From Longivirga aurantiaca (GTDB lineage: Bacteria > Actinomycetota > Actinomycetes > S36-B12 > CAIYMF01), in assembly GCF_042660085.1 (NCBI RefSeq), contig NZ_JBHSTI010000002.1, positions 480,001 to 512,000 on the forward strand: DNA of 32,000 nt, in the 5' to 3' direction. The notes under the pieces were generated by a model that saw only the letters and a list, made by a program, of their open reading frames with translations, was not told the origin of the DNA and did no database searches. The number at the start of each line of letters is the position of its first letter. Position 1 is the stretch's first letter. The position numbers and the translations under genes were made by a program. Positions 1 to 12,738 of this stretch are shown piece by piece.

Positions 1-1036
1 CGCGGAGGTCGTCGTCTGCCCGACCGCGGTCGACCCGGAGGACCCGCGCTCCTACTACTCGGTGTCCGACCGGCTCGTGCGCGAGATCCCCGGCGCCTGG
101 AAGCCCGACCAGTACTCCAACCCGAACAACCCGCGCTCGCACTACGAGACGACCGGCCCCGAGCTCTGGGCGCAGACCGACGGCCGCATCACGCACTTCG
201 TCGCGGGCGTCGGCACCGGGGGCACCATCAGCGGCACGGGCCGCTACCTCAAGGAGGTCAGCGGGGGCACGGTGAAGGTGATCGGCGCCGACCCCGTCGG
301 CTCGGTCTACTCCGGCGGCACCGGGCGCCCCTACCTCGTCGAGGGCGTGGGCGAGGACTTCTGGCCCACGGCGTACGACCAGGACGTCTGCGACGAGATC
401 GTGGCGGTGTCCGACCGTGACTCGTTCCTCGTCACGCGCCGCCTCGCCCGCGAGGAGGGCCTGCTCGTGGGCGGCTCCTGCGGCATGGCGGTGCAGGCCG
501 CGCTCGAGGTGGCCGAGCGGTCGGGCAAGGACGACGTCATCGTCGTGCTGCTGCCCGACGGCGGCCGCGGCTACCTGTCCAAGGTGTTCAACGACGAGTG
601 GATGGCCGACTACGGCTTCCTGTCGACCTCGACCGACCGCAGCGTCGGCGACGTCCTGCACTCCAAGAGCGCCGAGCTCCCGCAGCTCGTGCACACGCAC
701 CCGCAGGAGACTGTGCGCGAGGCCATCGACATCCTGCGCCACTACGCCGTGTCGCAGATGCCGGTCGTTCGCGCCGAGCCGCCGGTCAAGGCCGCCGAGG
801 TCGTCGGCTCCGTCGTCGAGCGCGACCTGCTCGACGCGCTGTTCGCGGGCCGCGCCGAGCTCGCCGACCCCGTCGAGAAGCACATGAGCGCCTCGCTGCC
901 GATGATCGGCGCCGGCGAGCCCGTCGCCGCGGCCATCGCTGCGCTGGAGTCGGCGGACGCCGCGATCGTGGTCGAGGACGGCCTCCCCGCGGGTGTCGTC
1001 ACGCGCCAGGACCTGCTCGGCTACCTGTCCCGCTGA
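1..1036 (+). CDS. Cystathionine beta-synthase / PLP-dependent cysteine synthase family, C-terminal part with CBS domains (5' truncated by window edge)
   Basis: Frame 2 is open from base 2 (AEVVVCPTAVDPEDPRSYYSVSDRLVREIPGAWKPDQYSNPNNPRSHYETTGPELW), followed by GVGTGGTISGTGRYLKE and GLLVGGSCGMAVQAAL (PLP fold type II motifs). C-terminal CBS pair contains VREAIDILRHYAVSQMPV and VEKHMSASLPMIGAGEPVAAAIAALE. Confidence 0.93.
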   Translation, partial: AEVVVCPTAVDPEDPRSYYSVSDRLVREIPGAWKPDQYSNPNNPRSHYETTGPELWAQTDGRITHFVAGVGTGGTISGTGRYLKEVSGGTVKVIGADPVGSVYSGGTGRPYLVEGVGEDFWPTAYDQDVCDEIVAVSDRDSFLVTRRLAREEGLLVGGSCGMAVQAALEVAERSGKDDVIVVLLPDGGRGYLSKVFNDEWMADYGFLSTSTDRSVGDVLHSKSAELPQLVHTHPQETVREAIDILRHYAVSQMPVVRAEPPVKAAEVVGSVVERDLLDALFAGRAELADPVEKHMSASLPMIGAGEPVAAAIAALESADAAIVVEDGLPAGVVTRQDLLGYLSR

Positions 1037-1213
1037 CCGCGACCGACGGCGGCACCGGCGACGCAGCGTCACCGCCGTCCGGGCGACCTCGTCGCCGCTG
1101 CCGCCCGGCTGCTCCGAACGGGTGGTCGTCACGCTCGTCCGCGCACGGCGGCGGCGGCGCGCGTCCCCCGGTCCGCCCATCAAGACCGCCTCCACCAGGG
1201 TCGACCCTCCCTC

Positions 1214-3169
1214 ATGACACTCGTGGACGGCACGGGTCGTACTGGGCCGGAGGCCTTGATGGCACTCGAGAGCGGGATGCGGCGCGTCCGCATGGTCGGT
1301 GCTGAGCACTGGACCGAGACACCCGAGCGCGAGCTCCCCACGATCGTTGCGGGCGGCGACACCTACGCCGTGCACGAGCGCATCTGCATCGACTCGGCGC
1401 GCGTGCGCCTGGTGCTCGCCGACGGCGAGGACGTCGCCGCGGCGCTGCGCGAGGTGTACGGCGAAGCCGTGCGCGACTTGCGCGTGTTCCGGCTGGTCGA
1501 GGGCGGCGGCGACGTCGTCGAGGGCCTCCCCGAGTGGCGCCTGACCCTGCCATTGTCCGACGACGCGGCGCACGATCCGCTTCCGGGAATGATCTCCCGG
1601 CTCGCCGGGGTCGTCGCGGAGCCGCAGCCGGTCGCGCAGGAGGACGTCGCGGTCGAGCCCGTCCTCGCGGAGGCGGCCCTCCTCGAGCCGCCCGCCGACG
1701 CCGTCCCGGTGCTCGAGCCCGCCGACGCCGTCCCCACGCTGGAGCCGGAGCCCGAGCAGGAGCCGGCGGCGTTCGACCTCCCCGAGGGCCTGGTCATGCC
1801 GGAGCTCGCCGCTCCGGACGCCGTCGCCGAGGAGGCCGCCCCGGTCGACGTGCCCGACGAGCAGGCCGAGCCGGAGCAGCTGGCCGACGCCGAGCTCCTC
1901 GCCGCTGCCGCTGCCGCGGCCGCAGCTGTGGCCGACGAGCCCGCCGCCCAGGACGAGCCCGTTCCGCACGACGACCCGTTCGCGATGCCGGCCGAGACGG
2001 TGTTCCCCGCCGAGGCGGCCGAGGTCGAGGCCCCCGAGGCACTCGGCGTGCCCGAGGCCGCCGAGCCCGTCGAGGAGCCGGCTGCGCCCGTCGACGAGCC
2101 CGAGCAGGAGCTGGCCGACGAGGTCGTCGCCGAGGAGTCCGCGGCCGCGGAGCCCGAGGCAGCAGACGTCGTGGCCGCGGAGCCCGCGGCCGAGCCTGAG
2201 CCGGAGCCCGAGCCGGAGCCCGAGCCCGAGCCGGACCCGCGCGACCTGGCCTTCGCCGCCGTCGCCGCAGTCCTCGAGGTCGGTCGCCCGACGTGTGCCG
2301 CCGTCGATCGTGACGGCCCGTGCTCCACGTCGTCCGACGTCGTGTGGCAGACATCCGCGGGTGCCGCCTGGGCGTGCGCCTGGCACTGGCCGAGCGCCAT
2401 GGCCGGCTACCCCGGCGCCGAGGTGGGCGCGGTCCGCACGGCCGGTGCCTGGGCCACGTGGCGCGACGGCAGCTCGGTCGACCTCGCCCGTCAGGGCGCG
2501 GACCTGTTCGCCGACGCCGCGCGGGGGCACGACCACCCGGTGGCGCGGCCGCTCGTGGCGCTCGACCGGCTCGACGAGATGCTGAAGTCGCTTCCGGACG
2601 ACCTCCGCGGCGCGATCCTGCTCTGGTCGATCTCGGTGACGAACCCCGACTGGGACGTGCCGGCGGTGGCCGAGCACGGCCGGGCCACCCACGAGATCAT
2701 CGTGGCCGAGGGTCGCGCGGTGGCCTTCCCGGACGAGATCTACTTCCAGCAGCAGGTGGCGGCGGCCCCGATCAGCCCGGTCGCTGCCGAGGGCGAGGCC
2801 CCGGCGCCTGCCTCGAACGCGAGCGGCGAGTCGCTGTTCTCCCGCGGCACGTCGCTGGCGTCCGCGGGCGACCTGCGCGGTGCCGCCCAGGCCTGGACCG
2901 AGGCGGCGGAGGACCACAACCACGCACTCTCGATGCGTGCCCTCGGTGATCTCTCCAGCGACCGAGACGACCTGAAGACGGCTGAGGAGTGGTACGGCCG
3001 CGCGGCGATGCTCAACGACACGACGTCGATGATGCGCATCGCGCTGCTGCTCGAGAGCCGCGGTCAGAACGAGCGCGCCGCCGAGTGGCTGCGTCGTGCA
3101 GCACGGTTCGGCGACGAAGAGGCGGCTCGCCGCCTGCAGAACCAGGGTGTGGTGGCCGCGAGCGCCTGA
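1214..3169 (+). CDS. Large modular protein: N-terminal domain, long Ala/Glu/Pro-rich linker, middle domain, C-terminal Sel1/TPR-like repeats
   Basis: 651-aa ORF from ATG. C-terminus has GDLRGAAQAWTEAAEDHNHALSMRALGDLSSDRDDLKTAEEWYGRAAMLNDTTSMMRIALLLESRGQNERAAEWLRRAARFGDEEAARRL, typical of Sel1/TPR helical repeats. Confidence 0.85.
   Translation: MTLVDGTGRTGPEALMALESGMRRVRMVGAEHWTETPERELPTIVAGGDTYAVHERICIDSARVRLVLADGEDVAAALREVYGEAVRDLRVFRLVEGGGDVVEGLPEWRLTLPLSDDAAHDPLPGMISRLAGVVAEPQPVAQEDVAVEPVLAEAALLEPPADAVPVLEPADAVPTLEPEPEQEPAAFDLPEGLVMPELAAPDAVAEEAAPVDVPDEQAEPEQLADAELLAAAAAAAAAVADEPAAQDEPVPHDDPFAMPAETVFPAEAAEVEAPEALGVPEAAEPVEEPAAPVDEPEQELADEVVAEESAAAEPEAADVVAAEPAAEPEPEPEPEPEPEPDPRDLAFAAVAAVLEVGRPTCAAVDRDGPCSTSSDVVWQTSAGAAWACAWHWPSAMAGYPGAEVGAVRTAGAWATWRDGSSVDLARQGADLFADAARGHDHPVARPLVALDRLDEMLKSLPDDLRGAILLWSISVTNPDWDVPAVAEHGRATHEIIVAEGRAVAFPDEIYFQQQVAAAPISPVAAEGEAPAPASNASGESLFSRGTSLASAGDLRGAAQAWTEAAEDHNHALSMRALGDLSSDRDDLKTAEEWYGRAAMLNDTTSMMRIALLLESRGQNERAAEWLRRAARFGDEEAARRLQNQGVVAASA
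1901..1927 (+). repeat. Poly-alanine coding tract within the Sel1-like protein
   Basis: gccgctgccgctgccgcggccgcagct, consecutive Ala codons in frame. Confidence 0.85.
2192..2239 (+). repeat. In-frame Glu-Pro dipeptide repeat tract (EPEPEP...DP)
   Basis: gagcctgagccggagcccgagccggagcccgagcccgagccggacccg in the CDS frame. Confidence 0.9.
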
Positions 3170-3241
3170 GCCGCGTACCACCGGACGTGACGCCGGGCCT
3201 GCCAGGAGGCGGGTGCGGCGTCCGTCGTTACGATCGTCGGC

Positions 3242-3478
3242 ATGAGCACCGTGCGCGTCGAGCCCCGCGACAAGTCCTGGACCCTGACCAAGGTGGTGGC
3301 CGTCGTCGTCGCGATCCTGACTGCGGGCTACATGGCCCCGTGGGCCGTGGCGGCCGTCCGCGACGTGAAGCACTGGGGCGTCTTCTGGGTCAACCTCCTG
3401 CTCGGCTGGACGATCATCGGCTGGATCATCGCGCTCGTGATGTCGTTGCGCGCCCAGCGGCTCGTCGTCGTCGGCTGA
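3242..3478 (+). CDS. Small membrane protein resembling the bacterial superinfection immunity protein family
   Basis: 78 aa with two hydrophobic segments. The motif WVNLLLGWTIIGWIIALVMSL matches the N-x-x-x-G-W-T-x-x-G-W-x-x-A-L pattern of that family. Confidence 0.72.
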   Translation: MSTVRVEPRDKSWTLTKVVAVVVAILTAGYMAPWAVAAVRDVKHWGVFWVNLLLGWTIIGWIIALVMSLRAQRLVVVG

Positions 3479-3550
3479 CGCCCCTGACGCCCCTGGCGGC
3501 CCGGGCGTGTTCGGCTGCGCCGGGGGCTCGTCCTCCTCTACGTTCCCGTC

Positions 3551-4714
3551 GTGCAGATCCTCATCCTCGGCGCCGGGTTCGGTGGCCTCGAGCTCGCCAG
3601 TCGTCTGTCCGAGGAGCTCGGCGACGCCGTCGACGTCGTGCTGGTCGACAAGGGCGACGGCTTCGTCTTCGGGTTCTCCAAGCTCGATGTGATGTTCGGG
3701 CGGGTGAGTCCCGAGCACGTGGTGCACCGCTTCGCCGACATCGCGAAGCCGGGCGTGACCTTCGTCCAGGCGGAGGTGACCGGGATCGACCCGGTGGCCC
3801 GGCGCGTCACGACCACCGTGGGCGAGCTGGTCGGTGACGTCCTCGTGGTCGCGCTCGGGGCAGACCTGCACCCCGAGCTGACTCCCGGCCTCCTCGAGGG
3901 CGGGCACGAGTTCTACACGGTGGCGGGGGCGTTCGCGGTCGCCGACGTCTTGCGGACGTTCGAGGGCGGCCGTGTCGTGGTGGGCGTGACGTCCACCCCG
4001 TTCAAGTGCCCGCCCGCCCCGAGCGAGACCACGCTGATGGTGCACGACCTCCTCGAGGCGCGAGGGCTGCTCGAGGTGTCGTCGGTGGAGCTCGTGCTCC
4101 CGCTGCCCGTGCCGATCCCGCCGTCGCCGCAGGCCTCCACGACGATCCTCGAGACCTTCGCCGAGCGCGGGATCGCCTTCCGTGGCGGCACCCTGGTCAC
4201 CGCGCTCGATCCGGAGCGCAAGGTCGCACTGCTGTCGGACGGCACCGAGCTGCCGTACGACCTGTTCCTCGGCGTCCCGGTGCACCGCGCTCCGGCCGTC
4301 GTGGTCGAGGCCGGACTCACCGAGGACGGGTGGATCCCGGTCGACGCGCTCACCCTCGAGACGCGGTACCCCGACGTCTACGCCGTGGGCGACGTGACGA
4401 GCGTCGGCACGCCGAAGGCCGGAGTGTTCGCCGAGGGGCAGGCCGACATCGTGGCCAGCGCCATCATCGCCCGGGTCCGCGGCGGCGACGCGGCGGAGTA
4501 CGACGGTCACGGCATCTGCTACATGGAGTTCGGGCACCAGCAGATCGCGATGGTCGACGTGTACTTCCAGAAGGGCGTGACCCCGCACGGCGACCTCATC
4601 GGCCCGTCGACCGACCTCATGGCCGAGAAGTCCCACTTCGGCACGAGCAGGGTCCGACGCTGGTTCGGCCGTGAGTGGTACGCCGTCGACGAGCCAGGTA
4701 CTCCGCCCCGCTGA
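3551..4714 (+). CDS. NAD(P)/FAD-dependent oxidoreductase, sulfide:quinone oxidoreductase-like
   Basis: 387 aa. N-terminal Rossmann motif ILILGAGFGGLELASRL and C-terminal RYPDVYAVGDVTSVGTPKAGVFAEGQ. GTG start. Confidence 0.85.
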   Translation: MQILILGAGFGGLELASRLSEELGDAVDVVLVDKGDGFVFGFSKLDVMFGRVSPEHVVHRFADIAKPGVTFVQAEVTGIDPVARRVTTTVGELVGDVLVVALGADLHPELTPGLLEGGHEFYTVAGAFAVADVLRTFEGGRVVVGVTSTPFKCPPAPSETTLMVHDLLEARGLLEVSSVELVLPLPVPIPPSPQASTTILETFAERGIAFRGGTLVTALDPERKVALLSDGTELPYDLFLGVPVHRAPAVVVEAGLTEDGWIPVDALTLETRYPDVYAVGDVTSVGTPKAGVFAEGQADIVASAIIARVRGGDAAEYDGHGICYMEFGHQQIAMVDVYFQKGVTPHGDLIGPSTDLMAEKSHFGTSRVRRWFGREWYAVDEPGTPPR

Positions 4715-4795
4715 CGCTGGTGGGGGTCGGGTCAGGGTGCCGTGGGGGATCGTCCCCGACGTCGGCTCCCCGAACGTCCGCCTAGCGTCGCAGGC

Positions 4796-4912
4796 ATGGA
4801 CGCACTGACCCGGATGTACGCGGACGCGTGGTCGCGGTTGCCCGTGGAGGTGCTCGAGCTCGTGGTCGTGCCCACGCCGCGACGGGCGGAGGACGACGCC
4901 GACGACTCCTAG
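4796..4912 (+). CDS. Candidate 38-aa small protein (MDALTRMYADAWSRLPVEVLELVVVPTPRRAEDDADDS)
   Basis: ATG-to-TAG ORF in an intergenic gap, with an acidic tail. Its stop overlaps the stop of the convergent VOC gene. Confidence 0.3.
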   Translation: MDALTRMYADAWSRLPVEVLELVVVPTPRRAEDDADDS

Positions 4913-5670
4913 GCGCCGGCGGCCGGGTGGAGGAACACGCAGAACTCGTTGCCCTCCGGGTCCGCGAGCACCCACCAGCCGATCTCGTCGTCGGGGGTGC
5001 GCAGCACAGTGGCGCCGGCGTCGACCAGCGCCTCCGGAGTGGCGACCCCGTCGGGCAGCTCGACGTCCCAGTGCATGCGGTTCTTCACGGTCTTGGTCTC
5101 GGGCACCTCGTTGAACACCCAGGCGTAGAAGGGGAATCCGGTCGCGCCCTGGATCCACCAGTACGGCGCCCCGTCGCGCGTCTGGGCCGTGCCGCCCGTC
5201 CGCGCCGCCCACCACTGCGCCACCGCGCCCGCGTCGACCGCATCGACCACGAGCTCGAAGGGGGTGGGCACCTCCACCGTCGGAGCACCCCACTCCGGCG
5301 GCGCAGGGGGCATGGCGCAGAAGAGGTTGCCGTCCGGGTCGGCGAGCACCCACCAGTGCTGGTCGCCCGCGGGCTCGCTCACCAGCCGCGCGCCCGCCTC
5401 GAGGAGGGGCGTCGGATCGGCCGCTGACAGGCGGAGGTCGAGGTGCACGCGGGTCTTCACCGCGCGCGGCTCGGGCACCGGATCCACCCACATGTGCTCG
5501 CCGTGCGGGCCGGCCGGAAGGACGGCGTACCCGCCGTCGTTCGTGCTCTGCACCGTGCGCGCGAGCAGGCGGCCCCAGAACGACGCGAGGACCTCGGAGT
5601 CCACGGCATCGAGGCAGAGGTCCTTGAACGAGCAGTCGGGGGCGGCGGCGGGCGGCGTCGTCTCGGTCAC
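4909..5670 (-). CDS. VOC/glyoxalase family protein with two tandem domains
   Basis: C-terminal part of ORF 4909..8976. From V(GTG)TETTPPAAAPDCSFKDLCLDAVDSEVLASFWGRLL, with two homologous halves ending WWVLADPDGNLFCAMPP and WWVLADPEGNEFCVFLHP. Confidence 0.88.
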   Translation of the reverse strand: MTETTPPAAAPDCSFKDLCLDAVDSEVLASFWGRLLARTVQSTNDGGYAVLPAGPHGEHMWVDPVPEPRAVKTRVHLDLRLSAADPTPLLEAGARLVSEPAGDQHWWVLADPDGNLFCAMPPAPPEWGAPTVEVPTPFELVVDAVDAGAVAQWWAARTGGTAQTRDGAPYWWIQGATGFPFYAWVFNEVPETKTVKNRMHWDVELPDGVATPEALVDAGATVLRTPDDEIGWWVLADPEGNEFCVFLHPAAGA

Positions 5671-5760
5671 ACGGGCATCCTGCACGGCGGCACCGACCGG
5701 CGGGGAGGGTCGCCGGTGTCCCCGCGGGCACGTAGGGTCGAGGTGTCGCGCACGCGACCA

Positions 5761-5784
5761 CCCCGCCCTCGCCGAGGAGCGGGG
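5761..5784 (+). promoter_or_regulatory. Compact hairpin in the region upstream of mfd
   Basis: CCCCGC-CCTC-gcc-GAGG-a-GCGGGG. All stem bases pair, with one bulged A. It lies 28 bp before the mfd ATG. Confidence 0.35.
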
Positions 5785-5811
5785 CTTACGGGCGTGCGCA
5801 GGGAAGGAACC

Positions 5812-9407
<3,596 letters not shown>

Positions 9408-9411
<4 letters not shown>

Positions 9412-10052
9412 GCACCGCCACCCGACGCCGCACCCTGACCCGAGCGGCCGGTGCGGCCGTCCTCGCCGTCCTCCTGACTGCCTGCGGCAACAGCCTGGCC
9501 GGCAAGGCGCTCGTGGTGGGCGGCACGTCCGTCGACGACGCGGAGATCGCGGAGCTGACGGAGGAGGTGCGCGACGTCTATGCGGCCTACCCGAAGGACT
9601 TCGCCGCCGTGGGGGCCTCGTTCGACGAGGGCACCGTCGTGTCCACCAACGTCAACCGGCTCACGCGTCACCTGCTCCTGCTCGAGGCCGCCGCCCGCGA
9701 GGGCATCACGGTGACGCAGGGCCAGATCGACACGTCGATCCGCACCGCCCTCGAGAACCAGTTCAACGGCAGCCAGACCCTGCTCGACGTCACGCTCGCC
9801 GCCCAGCAGCAGGCGCCGCCGAGCGCGACGTCCGAGGTCGTCTACGACTTCCTGGTCCTGCAGGCGCTGGCCGAGAAGCTCAAGCCGGCAGACCCGGCGA
9901 CCGCGCCCGTCAACGAGTACCTCGTCGACCTCGCGGCCGAGCTCGGCGCGGAGGTCTCCCCGCGCTTCGGCGTGTGGGACGCCGAGAGCATCTCGCTCAC
10001 GCCGGTGCCCGACGACCTCTCGGTGCTGCCGAACCTCGCGCCCACCGAGTGA
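9408..10052 (+). CDS. SurA N-terminal domain-type lipoprotein (secreted chaperone-like)
   Basis: Signal/lipobox MSTATRRRTLTRAAGAAVLAVLLTACGNSLAGKALVVGG, then VDDAEIAELTEEVRD...LLLEAAAREGITVTQGQIDT. The GTG start overlaps the mfd stop (GTGA). Confidence 0.78.
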
Positions 10053-10065
10053 CCGGCGCGCGGTC

Positions 10066-10773
10066 GTGACGGACGCTGCTGCTGTGGGCTCCCGCCCGGG
10101 GGAGCGGCTGCTCGACCTCGTCGCGGTCATGGACCGGCTGCGCTCTCCGGGCGGCTGCCCGTGGGACGCCGAGCAGACCCACCACTCCCTCGTCGAGTAC
10201 CTGGTCGAGGAGGCCTACGAGACGGTCGAGGCGATCGAGACCTCGGACGACGCCGCGCTCCGCGAGGAGCTCGGCGACCTCCTGCTCCAGGTGGTGTTCC
10301 ACGCACGCATCGCCGAGGAGCACGCCGCGCCGTGGTCGATCGACGACGTCGCGGCAGGCATCGTCGACAAGCTCGTGTCGCGCCACCCGCACGTGTTCGC
10401 CGACGTCGACGCGTCCACCGCGGCCGAGGTCGAGGCCAACTGGGCGGCGCTGAAGGCTGCTGAGAAGGGTCGCGAGTCGGTCACCGACGGCGTGCCGCAG
10501 GCGCTGCCCGCACTCGTGCTCGCCGCCAAGCTGATGTCGCGGGCGAAGCAGGTCCCGGTGGTCCCTGCCGAGCCTGATGCAGCCGCTGCTGCCGCCTCGG
10601 CGGTGGCCTCGCTGTCCGCCGGGCGCCCGACCGCGGAGGCGGCGTACGGCGACCTGCTGCTGGCGCTCGTGGCGCAGGCCCGCGCCGACGGTGTGGACGC
10701 CGAGCAGGCGCTGCGCGAGGCCACGCGCGGCTACCGGGCCCGCGTCCGCGCCGCCGAGGGCCCGCACGCCTGA
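10066..10773 (+). CDS. mazG: MazG family nucleoside triphosphate pyrophosphohydrolase
   Basis: LLDLVAVMDRLRSPGGCPWDAEQTHHSLVEYLVEEAYETVEAIE...LREELGDLLLQVVFHARIAEE, the classic MazG signature. Start codon uncertain. Confidence 0.95.
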   Translation: MTDAAAVGSRPGERLLDLVAVMDRLRSPGGCPWDAEQTHHSLVEYLVEEAYETVEAIETSDDAALREELGDLLLQVVFHARIAEEHAAPWSIDDVAAGIVDKLVSRHPHVFADVDASTAAEVEANWAALKAAEKGRESVTDGVPQALPALVLAAKLMSRAKQVPVVPAEPDAAAAAASAVASLSAGRPTAEAAYGDLLLALVAQARADGVDAEQALREATRGYRARVRAAEGPHA

Positions 10774-10816
10774 CGCCGCGGCCCCGCGGCTGCGCGATCG
10801 CGGCTACGGTCGGGGC

Positions 10817-12520
10817 ATGACCGACTGGGAGCTCGGGGACCGATCCGGTGACGTCGAGCAGACGTTCGCCGCGCTGGCCGACCACGTCATCGACGGGCTG
10901 CTCGCGCGCAGCCCCGAGACCGCGACCGCCCTCGGCGACCACCGCTTCGACGACCGGCTGGCCGACCTCAGCGAAGACGGCGTCGGCGAGACGCTGGCCC
11001 GCATCGACGAGGACCTGGCAGGCGTCGACCAGATCGACGACCTCGCGCTCGGCCAGGCGGCCGCCGTCGACCTCGAGATCCTGCGCGCCCGCCTCGCCGC
11101 CGAGAAGCTGAGCCTCGAGACGATCCGCGAGAGCACCTGGAACCCGCTCGTGGCCAACCCCGGGTCGGCGCTGCACCTGCTGCTGTCGCGCGACTTCGCG
11201 CCGGTGGAGGAGCGGCTCGAGTCGGTGGCCGGTCGGCTCGGCGCCGTGCCGGAGCACCTGGCGGTGGCGCGCGACGTCCTGGGCGAGATGCCGCAGGTCC
11301 ACGTGGAGACCGCGCTCGGGCAGTTCGAGGGCACGCTCGGGCTGCTGCGCGGCCCGCTCGAGGACGCGCTCGCCTCGGCTCCCGGTCTGCGGTCACTGGT
11401 CGAGCCCGTGCGCGACGCCGCGGCCGGCGCGCTCGAGGCCCACCTCGGGTGGCTCCGCGACCGGCTCGAGTCCGGGGTGGCCGCGCGCGACCCGCGGCTC
11501 GGGCCGGAGAAGTACGCCGCCAAGCTCTGGGCCACGCTCGACGCCGACCTCACGCCCGACGACGTCCTGCACCGCGCGGAGACCGACCTCGTGCGGATCG
11601 AGGGCGAGATCGCGCGGGCGGCTGCCGAGTACCTCGGTGAGCCCGCGCCGCCGCCGGACGACGCGGGCGCGCTCGTGCGCCGCGCGCTCGACGCCGTCGC
11701 GGCCGAGGGCCCGGTCGACGACACGACCGTGCTGCCGCTGTGCGTCGCGGCGCTCGGCACCACGACCGCGTTCGTGCGCGAGCACGACCTGGTGACGGTG
11801 CACGACGACGCGGTCGAGATCGTCGAGATGCCCGAGATCCACCGGGGCGTGGCCGTCGCGTACTGCGACGCGCCGGGCCCGCTCGAGCCGCGCGCGCTCC
11901 CGACGTTCTTCGCCGTGGCCCCGACGCCGACGGGCTGGGACGGCGCCCGGGTCGCCTCGTTCTACCGCGAGTACAACGCGAGCATGCTGCACAACCTCAC
12001 CGTCCACGAGGCCATGCCGGGCCACGTGCTGCAGCTCGCGCACTCGCGCCGCTGCAGCACTCCGAGCCGCGTGCGCACCACGTTCATGAGCGGCACGTTC
12101 GTCGAGGGCTGGGCGGTGTACGCCGAGCAGCTCATGGCCGAGCGCGGGTACGACGCCGGCCACGGCGAGAGGGGTGCCCTCGCGATCCGGCTGCAGCAGC
12201 TGAAGATGCAGCTGCGCATGACGATCAACGCGATCCTCGACGTGCGCGTCCACACCCGCGGCATGACCGAGGACGAGGCGATGCGGCTCATGCAGGTGCG
12301 CGGTCACCAGGAGGAGGGCGAGGCCGCGGGCAAGTGGCGCCGCGCGCTGCTCACCTCGACCCAGCTGTCGACGTACTACGTGGGCTGGACCGCGGTGGCC
12401 GACCTCGTGGCCGACCTGAATGCGGCCAACCCGGGCTGGACCGACCGGCAGGTGCACGACGCCGTGCTCGCGCACGGATCGCCGCCGCCACGCCACCTGC
12501 GCAGCCTGCTCGGCCTCTGA
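10817..12520 (+). CDS. DUF885 family protein
   Basis: 567 aa. Contains YCDAPGPLE, HNLTVHEAMPGHVLQLAHS (HExxxGH metallohydrolase-like motif) and FVEGWAVYAEQLMAERGY, characteristic of DUF885 proteins. Confidence 0.9.
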   Translation: MTDWELGDRSGDVEQTFAALADHVIDGLLARSPETATALGDHRFDDRLADLSEDGVGETLARIDEDLAGVDQIDDLALGQAAAVDLEILRARLAAEKLSLETIRESTWNPLVANPGSALHLLLSRDFAPVEERLESVAGRLGAVPEHLAVARDVLGEMPQVHVETALGQFEGTLGLLRGPLEDALASAPGLRSLVEPVRDAAAGALEAHLGWLRDRLESGVAARDPRLGPEKYAAKLWATLDADLTPDDVLHRAETDLVRIEGEIARAAAEYLGEPAPPPDDAGALVRRALDAVAAEGPVDDTTVLPLCVAALGTTTAFVREHDLVTVHDDAVEIVEMPEIHRGVAVAYCDAPGPLEPRALPTFFAVAPTPTGWDGARVASFYREYNASMLHNLTVHEAMPGHVLQLAHSRRCSTPSRVRTTFMSGTFVEGWAVYAEQLMAERGYDAGHGERGALAIRLQQLKMQLRMTINAILDVRVHTRGMTEDEAMRLMQVRGHQEEGEAAGKWRRALLTSTQLSTYYVGWTAVADLVADLNAANPGWTDRQVHDAVLAHGSPPPRHLRSLLGL

Positions 12521-12597
12521 CCCTCCCCGGCCGTGCGCCCGTCGGGGGCCGGATCGCGTCGCTGGGGACGCGCTCGGACCCCCAGCCCGAGACCCCC

Positions 12598-12653
12598 GCC
12601 GATTTGGTAGTGGGAAGTCGCAGCGGGGCGCGAGTTCCCACTACCAAGTCGGC
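12598..12653. repeat. Palindromic element copy 1 (56 bp)
   Basis: GCCGATTTGGTAGTGGGAAGTCGCAGCGGGGCGCGAGTTCCCACTACCAAGTCGGC. Arms pair over 22 nt with one U.G-type and one true mismatch. It is homologous to the element at 16684..16740. Confidence 0.85.
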
Positions 12654-12738
12654 GTGCGGCTGGAATCGGTTGTGGTTGCTGTGGATATCGCCTGTCGGTG
12701 GTCGGTGCATTGTCGGAGGTGGTGGCCATGATGGGGTC

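Noticed and set aside
3242-3478. Possible phage-related locus because of the superinfection-immunity-like protein
   Set aside because: The family name is historical. Such small membrane proteins are common in actinobacterial chromosomes and no phage genes are nearby.
5443-5811. N-terminal extension of the Mfd ORF
   Set aside because: It overlaps the VOC gene on the opposite strand and lacks Mfd similarity. The ATG at 5812 follows an RBS-like GGAAGGAA and gives the expected N-terminus.
11740-12738. 5' extension of the DUF222/HNH ORF
   Set aside because: It overlaps the 3' part of the DUF885 gene in another frame. The conserved-looking start is MSQATFVDP at 12739.
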